A stretch of 36,904 nucleotides of DNA from Moniliella sp. 'wahieum'. Taxonomy: Eukaryota. Both the position numbers and the translations under genes were made by a program. The stretch spans positions 682,001 to 718,904 of the forward strand of contig RSEE01000030.1 in assembly GCA_003971905.1 (NCBI GenBank). The letters are read 5' to 3'. This document shows positions 22,301 to 35,068 of the stretch, piece by piece. The notes under the pieces were generated by a model, which made no database searches, was not told where the DNA came from, and worked only from the letters and a program-made list of their open reading frames with translations. Position 1 is the stretch's first letter. Each line of letters opens with the position of its first letter.

Positions 22301-25300
22301 GACCCGACTCCCGCTGAGCCCACGGTTGAGGAACCCACTCCGGCTGCCCCTGTCGCCGAGGAGCCCACTCCCCTGAGCCTGAGGTGAAGGAGGCCGCTCC
22401 CGCTGAGCCTGCCGCCGAGGTGCCTCCTCCCGCTGAGCCCACGGTTGAGGAAACACTCCTGCTGAGCCTGCCGCTGAGGAGCCCACTCCGCTGAGCCTGA
22501 GGTGAAGGAGGCTGCTCCCGCCGAGCCCGCTGTTGAGGAACCCACTCCCGCTGAGCCTGCCGCCGAGGAGCCTACTCCCGCTGAGCCCACGGTTGAGGAA
22601 CCCATTCCAGCTGCCCCTGTGGCCGAGGCGCCCACTCCGGCTGAGCCTGAGGTGAAGGAGGCCGCTCCCACTGAGCCTGAGGTGAAGGAGGCCTCTCCCG
22701 CCGAGCCCGCGGTTGAGGAACCCACTCCCGCTGAGCCTGCCGCCGAGGAGCCTACTCCCGCTGAGCCTGCCGCTGAGGACCCGACTCCCGCTGAGCCCAC
22801 GGTTGAGGAACCCACTCCGGCTGCCCCTGTCGCCGAGGAGCCCACTCCCCCTGAGCCTGAGGTGAAGGAGGCCGCTCCCGCTGAGCCTGAGGTGAAGGAG
22901 GCCGCTCCCGCTGAGCCTGCCGCCGAGGTGCCTCCTCCCGCTGAGCCCACGGTTGAGGAAACCACTCCTGCTGAGCCTGCCGCTGAGGAGCCCACTCCCG
23001 CTGAGCCTGAGGTGACGGAGGCCTCTCCCGCCGAGCCCGCGGTTGAGGAACCCACTCGCGCTGAACCTGCCGCCGAGGAGCCTACTCCCGCTGAGCCTGC
23101 GCTGAGGACCGACTCCCGCTGAGCCCACGGTTGAGGAACCCACTCCGGCTGCCCCTGTCGCCGAGGAGCCCAATCCCGCTGAGCCTGAGGTGAAGGAGGC
23201 CGCTCCCGCTGAGCTGCCGCCGAGGAGCCTATTCCCGCTGAGCCCACGGTTGAGGAACCCACTCCTGCTGGGCCTGTCGCCGAGGAGCCCACTCCCGCTG
23301 AGCCTGAGGTGAAGGAGGCCGCTCCCGCTGAGCCTGAGGTGAAGGAGGCTGCTCCCGCCGAGCCCGCTGTTGAGGAACCCACTCCGCTGAGCCTGCCGCC
23401 GAGGAGCCTACTCCGCTGAGCCCACGGTTGAGGAACCCATTCCGGCTGCCCCTGTGGCCGAGGCGCCCACTCCGGCTGAGCCTGAGGTGAAGGAGGCCGC
23501 TCCGCTGAGCCTGAGGTGAAGGAGGCCGCTCCCGGAGCCTGCCGCTGAGGAGCGCTTCCGTCGCGCCGACCGTGGAGGAGCCGGTTGCTGCTGTGGAGCC
23601 CCTGCTGCCGAGCCTGCCGCTGAGGAGCCCACTCCCGAACCTGAGGTGAAGGAGGCCGCTCCCGCTGAGCCTGAGGTGAAGGAGGCCGCTCCCGCTGAGC
23701 CTGAGGTGAAGGAGGCCGCTCCCGCTGAGCCTGCCGCCGAGGAGCCTACTACCGCTGAGCCTGCCGCCGAGGAGCCTACTCCCGCTGAGCCCACGGTTGA
23801 GGAACCCACTCCGGCTGCCCCTGTCGCCGAGGAGCCCACTCCCGCTGAGCCTGCCGCCGAGGAGCCTACTCCCGCTGAGCCTGCCGCCGAGGAGCCTATT
23901 CCCGCTGAGCCCACGGTTGAGGAACCCACTCCTGCTGGGCCTGTCGCCGAGGAGCCCACTCCCGCTGAGCCTGAGGTGAAGGAGGCCGCTCCCGCTGAGC
24001 CTGAGGTGAAGGAGGCCGCTCCCGCTGAGCCTGTGGTGAAGGAGGCCGCTCCCGCTGAGCCTGAGGTGAAGGTGGCCGTTCCCGCCGAGCCTGTCGCGAG
24101 GAGCCCGCTTCCGTCGCGCCCGACCGTGGAGGAGCCGGTTGCTGCTGTGGAGCCCCCTGCTGCCGCGCCTGCCGCTGAGGAGCCCACTCCCGCTGAACCT
24201 GAGGTGAAGGAGGCCGCTCCCGCTGAGCCTGAGGTGAAGGAGGCCGCTCCCGCTGAGCCTGCCGCCGAGGAGCCTACTCCCGCTGAGCCTGCCGCCGAGG
24301 AGCCTACTCCCGCTGAGCCTGCCGCCGAGGAGCCTATTCCCGCTGAGCCCACGGTTGAGGAACCCACTCCTGCTGGGCCTGTCGCCGAGGAGCCCACTCC
24401 CGCTGAGCCTGAGGTGAAGGAGGCCGCTCCGCTGAGCCTGAGGTGAAGGAGGCCGCTCCCGCTGAGCCTGTGGTGAAGGAGGCCGCTCCCGCTGAGCCTG
24501 AGGTGAAGGTGGCCGTTCCCGCCGAGCCTGTCGCCGAGGAGCCCGCTTCCGTCGCGCCGACCGTGGAGGAGCCGGTTGCTGCTGTGGAGCCCCCTGCTGC
24601 CGCGCCTGCCGCTGAGGAGCCCACTCCCGCTGAACCTGAGGTGAAGGAGGCCGCTCCCGCTGAGCCTGAGGTGAAGGAGGCCGCTCCGCTGAGCCTGCCG
24701 CCGAGGAGCCTACTCCCGCTGAGCCTGCCGCCGAGGAGCCTACTCCCGCTGAGCCTGCCGCCGAGGAGCCTACTCCCGCTGAGCCTGCCGCCGAGGAGCC
24801 TACTCCCGCTGAGCCCGCGGTTGAGGAACCCACTCCTGCTGGGCCTGTCGCCGAGGAGCCCTCCCGCTGAACCTGAGGTGAAGGAGGCCGCTCCCGCTGA
24901 GCCTGAGGTGACGGAGGCCGCTCCCTGCGCCTGCCGCCGAGGAGCCTACTCCCGCTGAGCCTGCCGCCGAGGAGCCTACTCTCGCTGAGCCTGCCGCCGA
25001 GGAGCCTATTCCCGCTGAGCCCGGTTGAGGAACCCACTCCTGCTGGGCCTGTCGCCGAGGAGCCCACTCCCGCTGAGCCTGAGGTGAAGGAGGCCGCTCC
25101 CGCTGAGCCTGAGGTGAAGGAGGCCGCTCCCGCTGAGCCTGTGGTGAAGGAGGCCGCTCCGCTGAGCCTGAGGTGAAGGTGGCCGTTCCCGCCGAGCCTG
25201 TCGCGAGGAGCCCGCTTCCGTCGCGCCGACCGTGGAGGAGCCGGTTGCTGCTGTGGAGCCCCCTGCTGCCGCGCCTGCCGCTGAGGAGCCCACTCCCGCT

Positions 25301-25646
25301 GAACCTGAGGTGAAGGAGGCCGCTCCCGCTGAGCCTGAGGTGAAGGAGGCCGCCCGCTGAGCCTGCCGCCGAGGAGCCTACTCCCGCTGAGCCTGCCGCC
25401 GAGGAGCCTACTCCGCTGAGCCTGCCGCCGAGGAGCCCACTCCCGCTGAACCTGAGGTGAAGGAGGCGGCTCCCACTGATCCTGCCGCGAGGAGCCGACT
25501 CCGCTGAGCCCACGTTGAGGAAACCCACTCCTGTTGTGCCTGTCGCCGCGGCGCCCGCTGCCGCTGAGCCCGAGGTCCTGGAGACGGCCCCCGCCAGTGG
25601 TGCGGTTGACGCCTCGGAGCCCGAGCCCACTGCCCCCCATCATTAG
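19392..25646 (+). CDS. Very large Pro/Glu/Ala-rich low-complexity repeat protein (about 2,000 aa if frameshifts are errors), no signal peptide
   Basis: ATG at 19392 (MGIISRIWHR) follows a CT-rich leader and leads into a unique N-terminal region. Decapeptide repeats (AEPEVKEAAP, AEPAAEEPTP, AEPTVEEPTP, AAPVAEEPTP) are read in ORFs 21427-22029, 22502-23122 and 23646-24446. Unique tail EPEVLETAPASGAVDASEPEPTAPHH, stop TAG at 25644-25646. Confidence 0.7.
20090..25560 (+). repeat. Coding minisatellite, 30-bp unit, roughly 180 copies, with higher-order structure
   Basis: Units such as GCTGAGCCTGAGGTGAAGGAGGCCGCTCCC, GCTGAGCCTGCCGCCGAGGAGCCTACTCCC and GCTGAGCCCACGGTTGAGGAACCCACTCCT repeat in tandem over about 5.5 kb. 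Confidence 0.95.
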
Positions 25647-25856
25647 ATGAGTGCATGGGTGTTATGCATGGCCATGGAGCCGCTGGACAAGCTACCGTTT
25701 GCTCTGATTTACTTCCCCCACCCCCCATGCCTGAATGTTGAACGCTAAGCCTAGGCTTCCGCCTTTGCTACGACCATCCCCCCTACGCCCTGATCTCTGT
25801 CCTAGAGACGGTGGATCTACTTCCCCCTTCCCCTTTCTCCTTCTGATACCTATCAC

Positions 25857-25915
25857 GATGCCTGATGCCCGTTGCCTGATGCCCGACGCCTGATGCCCGA
25901 TGCCTGATGCCCGAT
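25857..25915 (+). repeat. 7/14-bp tandem repeat (GATGCCT-GATGCCC)n downstream of the repeat gene
   Basis: gatgcctgatgcccgttgcctgatgcccgacgcctgatgcccgatgcctgatgcccgat. Confidence 0.85.
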
Positions 25916-26433
25916 ATTTTCGTTTGACGTTTGATGCCCAAACGCTTCTTTCTTGGTTTCTGCCTTCCCCTTCTTCCCCTTCCTGCTTTCCGACGTTTAA
26001 TGTCCGCCTGCCTGTGGGCTACGATTTGGTTTTGTTTTGCCGCTTGGCCCTTGCCCTTTGTCCGTGCCCTCTCTTCTTGCCTTTGGGCGGCAAAGGTAAT
26101 ACCTACACCACTTGAACTAACTGGTCGGATAGCAGAGAGGATGGGACCTCAGGAAAGAAAGAAACTTCGGTTGGGAGGATCAATGAGAGTGCAGTGGTAC
26201 AGCCGATGGGGGATGGGATGGGATGGGATGGAATGGGATGGGGCAGGATCGGCGGCGTGCCACAGCCGATCGAAATCTAGAATACAGGTGGGAAGGGAGG
26301 GCGGGAGGAGACAAGAGGAGCAGAAGGTGCAAATTGCAAGCACAACAAATGAGGGAGGGTATGGTATGCAGAAAAACGGAGAGGAGAAAAAAAAAGTGCT
26401 GGGGGGAGGGAAGGGGAGGAATTAGTAGAAGCA

Positions 26434-27879
26434 TCAGAAGCCTCCTAAAGCACCTTCGCCATCGTCCCCCAAGCGAGAAGAGGAGTTGGGGCAGATGCAC
26501 GACGTTTGGGCTTGGTCCGTTTGGACCGCTTCGGCGCCCGCGGGAGTCGGAGACAAAGGTCGAGTGCAGTGAGCCCCGGTCGAGAGCCGACGGACGTGCA
26601 GGTGGATGTGGAGGTGGGAAGAGGAGGGGAGTGGGGGGGAAGCAGGGTGGATGATGGGTGTGACTACTAGGACGGTTGCCTCGTCCATCACTTTCACCTT
26701 GGGGAGAGCAGTGGTGAGGGTCAGACGTGCTCGCTCCAACGGTGCCAAGCGACGTCTCAGAAGAACGGGGGAAAAGAAAGAGATGCTGGGAGGGCTGGAA
26801 CTGCGGGAGGAAGTTACCGATTCTCCTGTGGCAGAAGGCGCCAACGGAACAAGATGTTCTTTCTCACTCGCGCAGGAACGTAAAGGGAGACACGATGATG
26901 TGAAGTAGCCCCTGACAGGCTGGATTGCACAGGGGGAGAGGGAACGGGCGTGACTTCCTCCCCACCAAGGGGGGGCAATTTGGATTGCCCTAGTCCCGGC
27001 GTGGTCAGGGCACCCACAGAGCGGATAACCGGCACACCCCACCCTGTCGGTGCAGACCCCCCGAGCAGAGAGGTGAGGAGGGGCGAGTGCATCCTACTGT
27101 GCAGCCCCGGTGCCCCAGAGACAGAGTGGAGACGGGACGACGTATCGAACCCAACCACATGGCCAGCCTGGAGGCGAGTGCACCAGGAGGTGCCAAAGTA
27201 ATCCGATTGGGCACCGGCCTTGGCTATACGGATGGCCAGCGGGGAATGGAAACATTGATCCTCCTCGTCCGCATCCATCTCGACCTCCTCCCCTTCCTCA
27301 CCAAGACGGAGAGAATGGCACCTGTGCATGCTGAGGTCCAGCGATGAGCCTCGTCCCTGGGTCGATTGGATGGGGGTACGGTCATAGTCAGCAGAAGAGT
27401 GGGTGAAAGCCTGTTGGGCAGGGCCGGGGGAGAAGCTGACGCCGTCCGGGCGGCGACGGACAACATTGGACTGGTTGGGATAGTAGTGGAACCGAGGAGG
27501 GAAGGGAAGGTGGGCCACTTGCGCAGTGTGGCTCAGGATCAGGTGGCTCGCCTCGCCACGAACTCGGCATTTTTTCAGGCAGGACGCACGCGGCAAAAGA
27601 GTACGGTGCTGCGGGATAGCAGGCGCGGGAGGCAAGGTCGTCTGATACAACTCGTCCGACTGGGGTTGGTCGCAGACGGCGATTTCTCCCGCCTCTTCGA
27701 GCGTGTGTGCCGCAGTGGGTGGAAGCGGCCAGGTGAGGACCATCAGTCTCAGGAGGGGAGGGGGGAAGGTCAGGGGTCACTACGTCTGTAGACAGATTGC
27801 CGGTTAGCCTGCTGCGATGAGGCGCAACGAAAGGCGCGGAGAACGGGATGAGGAGGGAGGGGGCATGCGTACTGGGCAT
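26434..27879 (-). CDS. Hypothetical disordered protein with VSF...THS..DYDRTPI motif; 7-nt first exon, intron 27786-27872
   Basis: ATGCCCA|GTACGC...GCTAAC...CAG|ACGTAGTG gives MPNVVTPDLPPSPPETDG. ORF 26814-27743 holds SCLKK and VSFSPGPAQQAFTHSSADYDRTPI. C-terminus LGDDGEGALGGF* (ORF 26434-27042). Confidence 0.65.
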
Positions 27880-30800
27880 CGTGGGTGGGGGGATGGAGTG
27901 GTGGTGTTAGGACAGGCAGCACGACGGAGCTGGGCGGGACGGGCAGAGCCTGGGCGGAAGCCAGCAAGGCCAGTAAAGTACAGGGTCCACGCGGCAGGGT
28001 GTCAGTGTGGGAAGGACAGGGGGGGCGGGGGAAAGCAGCGGATGGCAGGGCTGGGTGGAGCGTTCAACGGTGAAGGTGAACGGTGAGAATATTGAGTTGG
28101 ACGATAGCGGGTGGAGGGTGGCGCGGAGGCCTGAGGAGGTGAGGAGGTTATATCCGTTTGCGCTGGCAGCGGTGGTGGTGGGGTCGTGGGAGGTTGGCCT
28201 GGTGTTGATGGTGGCGCCACCGGCGGAAGGGGGGGGAGGGGGGTGGCCTGAGGCCTGGGGCCGGAGGATGATGCCGACGCGCGAGGGAGGGTCGGTGGGG
28301 GCGAGGGAGTTGACGTTGGGTTTTGACGAGCGGCGTGACTATCAATGGGCTAGTGATTAATGATTAGTGATTAAAGTGATTGCTGTTGTCATTAATCATT
28401 CGCCAGCTGGGCGCGCAGGCAGGCGTCGCGCATCCAGCACAGCGCCTGCTCCCGCCGCACTGGCCCAGTGTACACTTGGGGTGGGATGGCCACATGCCGC
28501 CATGCCATGCCATGCCGCGGCCGGCATGCAGTCCAGGCGACCTCCCACCGCGCACGGGGGCAGCCGGGGGCAGCTGCGGGCACGGGGGCTGCTGGCCCGT
28601 AAAGCGGTGCGGGCAGCAGCTCGCGTGGGGAAGCGCGGGGAAGCCGGGGCGGCACGCGCTGCCCACCCAGAGCCGCGCACAGCGCCAGTGTGATGTGAGT
28701 GGCTGAGACGGCGGACCCGCGTATTACCTGCTCGGCGTTACGTCACCCGCGCCGCCCCGCGCTCTTTGCCCAGACGCGTCTGGCTCAGGCGCTTAGGCTT
28801 AGGCCTTAGGCGCGTTGGGCTGGCTGGGCCCTGATCGAATCAGCATCCATGGCACTGCCTCATGACGTCACAACCCTAGGATTGCACCGCCTACCCCAGG
28901 CGCAGTGGTGGGGGCATGCATGCCACCTGTCACGGCTACCTGTTGTCAAGTTTCAAGTGTCAACATGACATGTGACATGTGACAACGCATCAGCTCAACG
29001 TCGTCAGTACGACTTGGGCGCGTCAGCGCGTCGCCTCTTCCCACCCCCGCGGGGCCCTCACGGCCTCACCGTCGACGCCCAACCAACTCAACCACTCTCA
29101 GATCTTAACCGTCGAGCTCACCTTTGGTACTGATGCACTGAACGTACTGATGGTGCACATACGCATGACTATAGGACTTGAGATCAAAAGGGGGGCGCAG
29201 TGGACGTGACTAGTGAGTCGTACTATAACACACTATGAAGCTTGAACCACGTGATGATGCATTAGTCCGTAGCCCCCCGCACCGCCACAGACGTTTTTTT
29301 TTTTTCGTGTGAAGCAGGTACTCCACGGAGCAATGGACTGGCCAAATTGACCAATCACTAGTCACTCGTCTCCATACTATAGTCACTAGTCACGAGTCAT
29401 GGACAGGGACTCAGGGACTCTGCTCCTGGGGCCTGAGGCCTGAGGCCCTGAGGGCCTCAGGGTACGCAGTACTCGTACTCAGTATACTCGTTGTGATCTC
29501 ATCACTCATGATATTGACAAGAACAAGGGCAACTGTGGGCCGAGCGACTGGTCACGTTCATCACGTATGAGCTGATGAGATTGAGATCTATCGAGAGGAT
29601 CTGAGATCTCAAAGCCCAGGCCTCACGTGACGCGTGAAGCTTGAAGAGCTTGGAGCTCTTGGAGCTAGCTTGAAGCTTGGAAGTTCAATAAGTTCAAGCG
29701 TCAGCGTCACGGCGGTCGCGCCTTCGCTACTTGAGTGGGTGCGTAAAGGGCGCACTGGTACGCATCATCTTTAAGCGCATTATCAACAGACCTTGGACGC
29801 TGGGCCTTAGGCCTTAAAGCTTAGCGCTTAGAAAGAGCTTAGACTTTATATTCGACCTTGGACCTTGGACCTTGTAGACCAAACTTTTGCTACTTTCGCC
29901 CATCGATTCCCACTCTCTCGCCATTCACTCAATCACGAATAATTAATACTCGTAGTAATTAATCACGACCGTCACCCAGCTCTGCCTTTACCCAAAGAGG
30001 AATGTACTCGTCATTCGTTACGCGTTACGCGTTAAGCGCTAAGCTTTAAGCTTTAACTTTGACTGCCAGCGGTGACGGTGAAGAGAGGTATGGAACGACC
30101 ATCTGTCACGCAAACTTAGGATTCCTTTCTAAGTGCGTTCGTGTTCCTACATCTACACGCTAGTCTCTCTCTGCTCGTTCCACGATGGACTAGGACATCT
30201 CCACTGGGAGCGGCACTACATCACGCAAGAGCAACACCGCCTCTACCTTTGGGGTCCTAGCGTTTGACATCTGGGTCGCGTTCGGCCAGCATGGAAGAAG
30301 AAAAGAACAGCACCCAGGAACCAAGAACCGGGGAACAGGAAACAGGGGATCCTCGCGTAGCCGGTAACCCGGCATCCGGCACGCGACTCGAACGGGAAGA
30401 AGCGGTGCGCACGAGAAAAAGATCGGTGCCAGGTAAAAGGAGTAGAGCTAGAGCATAGGGCAGGGAGTACATTGAGTACGCCGTATGAGGCCAATGAACG
30501 TATGAACGTTGAACGTTTGAACGCTGAACCGCTGAACGGGTGAAAATGCGCGTGTAAACGGACGTCCTCGAGCGTTTCAAGCTTCAAGGAGGAAGGGATG
30601 GGACAGGGCGTACCGCTCACAGCTTATAAAAGGAAAGAGAACCAAGTACCAAGATCCAAGACCCAAGACCAAAGATCAAAGATCAAAAAACAAAATAAAG
30701 AACAGGAGTGTATGTGCGTGGGGGGTCGAAGGAGGGGTGGTGGGTAGTGTTGAGACGTGCAAGGTTACCAATGGGGAACGTTTGCCACTCAACAAGGCGA

Positions 30801-31010
30801 GCACGAGGACGGTGGCGTAGACGCAGACGCAGACGCAGAGTCCAACCGAGCGCACGGGCGGAGGAAGCGTACACGTTGGGGGGAGGGAGTCAGCGTTCAG
30901 CTTTTTGCGCTGTGGGTGCGAAATGGGGACAAGTAACTCCCATCCTCGCCTCTGCCATCAACACGGATTCATCATGGCGTCATCACACCATCCACACCAT
31001 CCGCACCACT

Positions 31011-32929
31011 CTACGGGCCCAACCCCGCATCGGTCTCGTTCAGGGCGGGTTGACTGCGAGGTTGAGCAAGTTGAGTAGGGTGTGTAGGGGGAGTGAGTTC
31101 AGGAGCGGATGGGTGGTCGGATTGCTTGCGTCGTTGCTGTGCCGCCGCAAGGCGAGGGTACCGATGAGACTGGGCACTGGCACCTTGACTCCCTCCCCCC
31201 GAGGCCGACGGGGCGGAGCTCAAGGCCGTACCCGATTCGCGCACCGAGGAACCAGAGAGAGAGCCACTGGCATGAGAAGCAGGGTGGCTATGGTGGTGGT
31301 AGCAAGGTCCGAGGAACGCGTTGTCCGTGACTCGCTTCCCCCCGCGGAAGGAATTAGGTACTTTCCCTTCTCGAAGAGGAGGAGGAACCGCCCATGGCAC
31401 GGTACCGTTCTTTGGGTGCTGAACTGAAGCCCAGTCCGGCCAGGTCGCCTTCATCGTCCATTGTTGCGCCAGGAAGCTCGGTAGCAGGGGGCTCGGCAGC
31501 ACGCGGGGGCACAGGCAAGGGCGGATTGGTCAGGGGGGGAAGAACTCCAATCTGCTCATAGTCAATGCCAATGTCGGGGAGATGGGAAAGGTTGTCCTCC
31601 TCCTCTTCGTACGTCGCACCAGCGTCATTGGTGTAGTCGTACTCGTACTCGTACTCTTCGGGAGGCGCGGCGTAATAGTGATGGTGGTGATGAACTTGCT
31701 GGTCCAAGGACGCAGGGGAAATAACGGGAGGTTGACCACGGAGCCAAGCCTGTTCTCGTTGCGCCAGCTCCATCTCGCGCAAATCCACTTGCGCCTCGTA
31801 CTCGGTATGGGCACGCTCCAAGTCGGCTCGCGTAAACCCAAACTCGTCCCGCTCTTCCTCAGGGACAGGCAAACTCATCAAACCAAACCCACCCGCTGCA
31901 GCTTCGGCCTCGGCCTCGGTAAGGAAGCGCGGTGGTGGTAAAGGAGAGAACTTGCCTCGAACATCCTTGTCCTTCTTCTTGCGCCCCGAGGAGGCTTTGC
32001 TCCGCGCCTTGCGCGAACGACTGGATTTGCTGCCCTGCTGCGACGAGGGGCGAGAGGAGGTAGACGTTGGCGAGCTAGAACGAACGAGCGGATCCAGGGA
32101 AGGTACCATGGGAGGCGGGGTACTTCGTTCCTGTTGTGGTTCCTGTTGTGGTTCCTGTTGTGCTTCCGATGGTTCCCGTAGCTTGCCGTTTGGGGGAGTC
32201 ATGCGTCGTGGTGGAATCCGCTCGTGGGGTAGAAGAGGCGTGCTGGAATTTACGTTGGTGGGAGGCGGGAGTGGTCGCCTTTGGCGGGCGAGAGGATGGA
32301 GTAGTGTACGCTGACTTGGCATCAAGCGTGACGGAGTGCGCATCGAGGTGCAAGGTCGGGGTGAGGGTGAGGCCCTGCTGCGCCAGACTGGCAAGGTCGA
32401 CTGGGACGTAGTCGGAGCTCAGGGGGTCGGAAAGTGTGACTTCCGTGTCCGCTTCGCCCTGAGGCGCAGGGCTTACGAGGGGCGGGTTTTGAGGGGGAGA
32501 ATGGTCCAAGGGTATGAGGGGCGGCGGCGGCGGTGAAGGAAGCGAAGGCGCAGGTGGCGAGGGCGGTGTGGGGGTGGGGGTGGACGGAGATGCAGGGGAT
32601 GGGGTCTGCTGAGCCAAACGCCAGTTCAAACGCGCGATAGTCGCATCATCAAACACCTCTGCATCCTCGTTTGAGTCGGAGGAGTGGGGAAGGGTCGTGT
32701 CCAGCAACGGCGCGTCGTCCTCCGAGTCGGAGAGGTAGATGCGCCGCCCAAAGAGGCCACAGGTCAGGTAGTGGGACCAGGCAGAGGCCGCGTGGGGCGT
32801 CGTCGCTGTGCTGCCCGTCGTCGGGGAGGCGGAGCGGGCGCAGACTGCACTTTCTGCGCCGCGACCGACGACGCCGTTGGCGAGCAGAGTGGGAAACGAG
32901 GGAGATGGCGTCGGCGTCGGCGTCGGCAT
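31011..32929 (-). CDS. Hypothetical low-complexity protein (Pro/Ser-rich with acidic tracts); start uncertain (could be 33062)
   Basis: Overlapping long minus-strand ORFs (32075-33268, 31354-32394, 31011-31502) give coherent protein-like text: WSHYLTCGLFGRRIYLSDSEDD, SEDAEVFDDATI-like acidic patch, EERDEFGFT, DDEGDLAGLGF. No recognisable domain. Confidence 0.55.
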
Positions 32930-33410
32930 GGGTGGGCGGATGGATGCGCGGCACGCGGAGTGGAGCCGAGGGCGGCGGCGGCATTCTGCGGGCGTGGCGG
33001 CTGCCGGGTGCGGTTGCATCGGCGACGGCGCTGGCGGCGCGGTGCACGGCGGCGCGGAGCATGGGCAGGAGGGCAGGGGGAGGCGGTGGCGGCGGCGGCG
33101 GAGGAGGCAGGAGATGGGGCGTGTGGGGGTGGGGTTGGTTGGGTTGGTTGGGCCGATCGTATGCTCGGCGCTCGGCGCTCGGGCATGTGCCTGGCAAGTT
33201 TCAACTCGATCGCAGATCTGCCTGTCGCTCGTTATGTTCGGTTGAATCGCATCCCCGCTGCCTTTCATGGCCGCGCATCGCCACGTGCCTGCGGCCGCAG
33301 CACCGCTCGTCCCGCCCTTGTGCGCCCCATCCGCGCCTCTGTCCGACAGCTATGGTTGGCAGTCGTAGAGCATTCAATATTCAATGCTGAATATCATCAA
33401 CAACATCATC

Positions 33411-35068
<1,658 letters not shown>

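Noticed and set aside
20400..25500. GCTGAGC and CCTGAGG inside the coding repeat match the TNA-heptamer pattern
   Set aside because: Fully explained by Ala-Glu-Pro-Glu codons (GCT GAG CCT GAG), and the period is 30 rather than 7.
20090..25560. Array resembling a CRISPR locus (about 30-bp periodicity)
   Set aside because: Units are contiguous with no unique spacers, they encode a peptide repeat, the context is eukaryotic and no cas genes are present.
20195..25643. Very long minus-strand ORFs (955 aa, 804 aa, 478 aa; GSAG- or RLSG-rich)
   Set aside because: They are antisense shadows of the 30-bp coding repeat, which lacks stops on the reverse strand. The plus-strand reading has a proper start, unique flanks and a stop.
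26205..26242. (GGGAT)n run and other simple repeats such as the 12-bp QEPQ repeat at ~32130-32162
   Set aside because: Ordinary microsatellite or low-complexity coding sequence, not telomeric and with no further structure.
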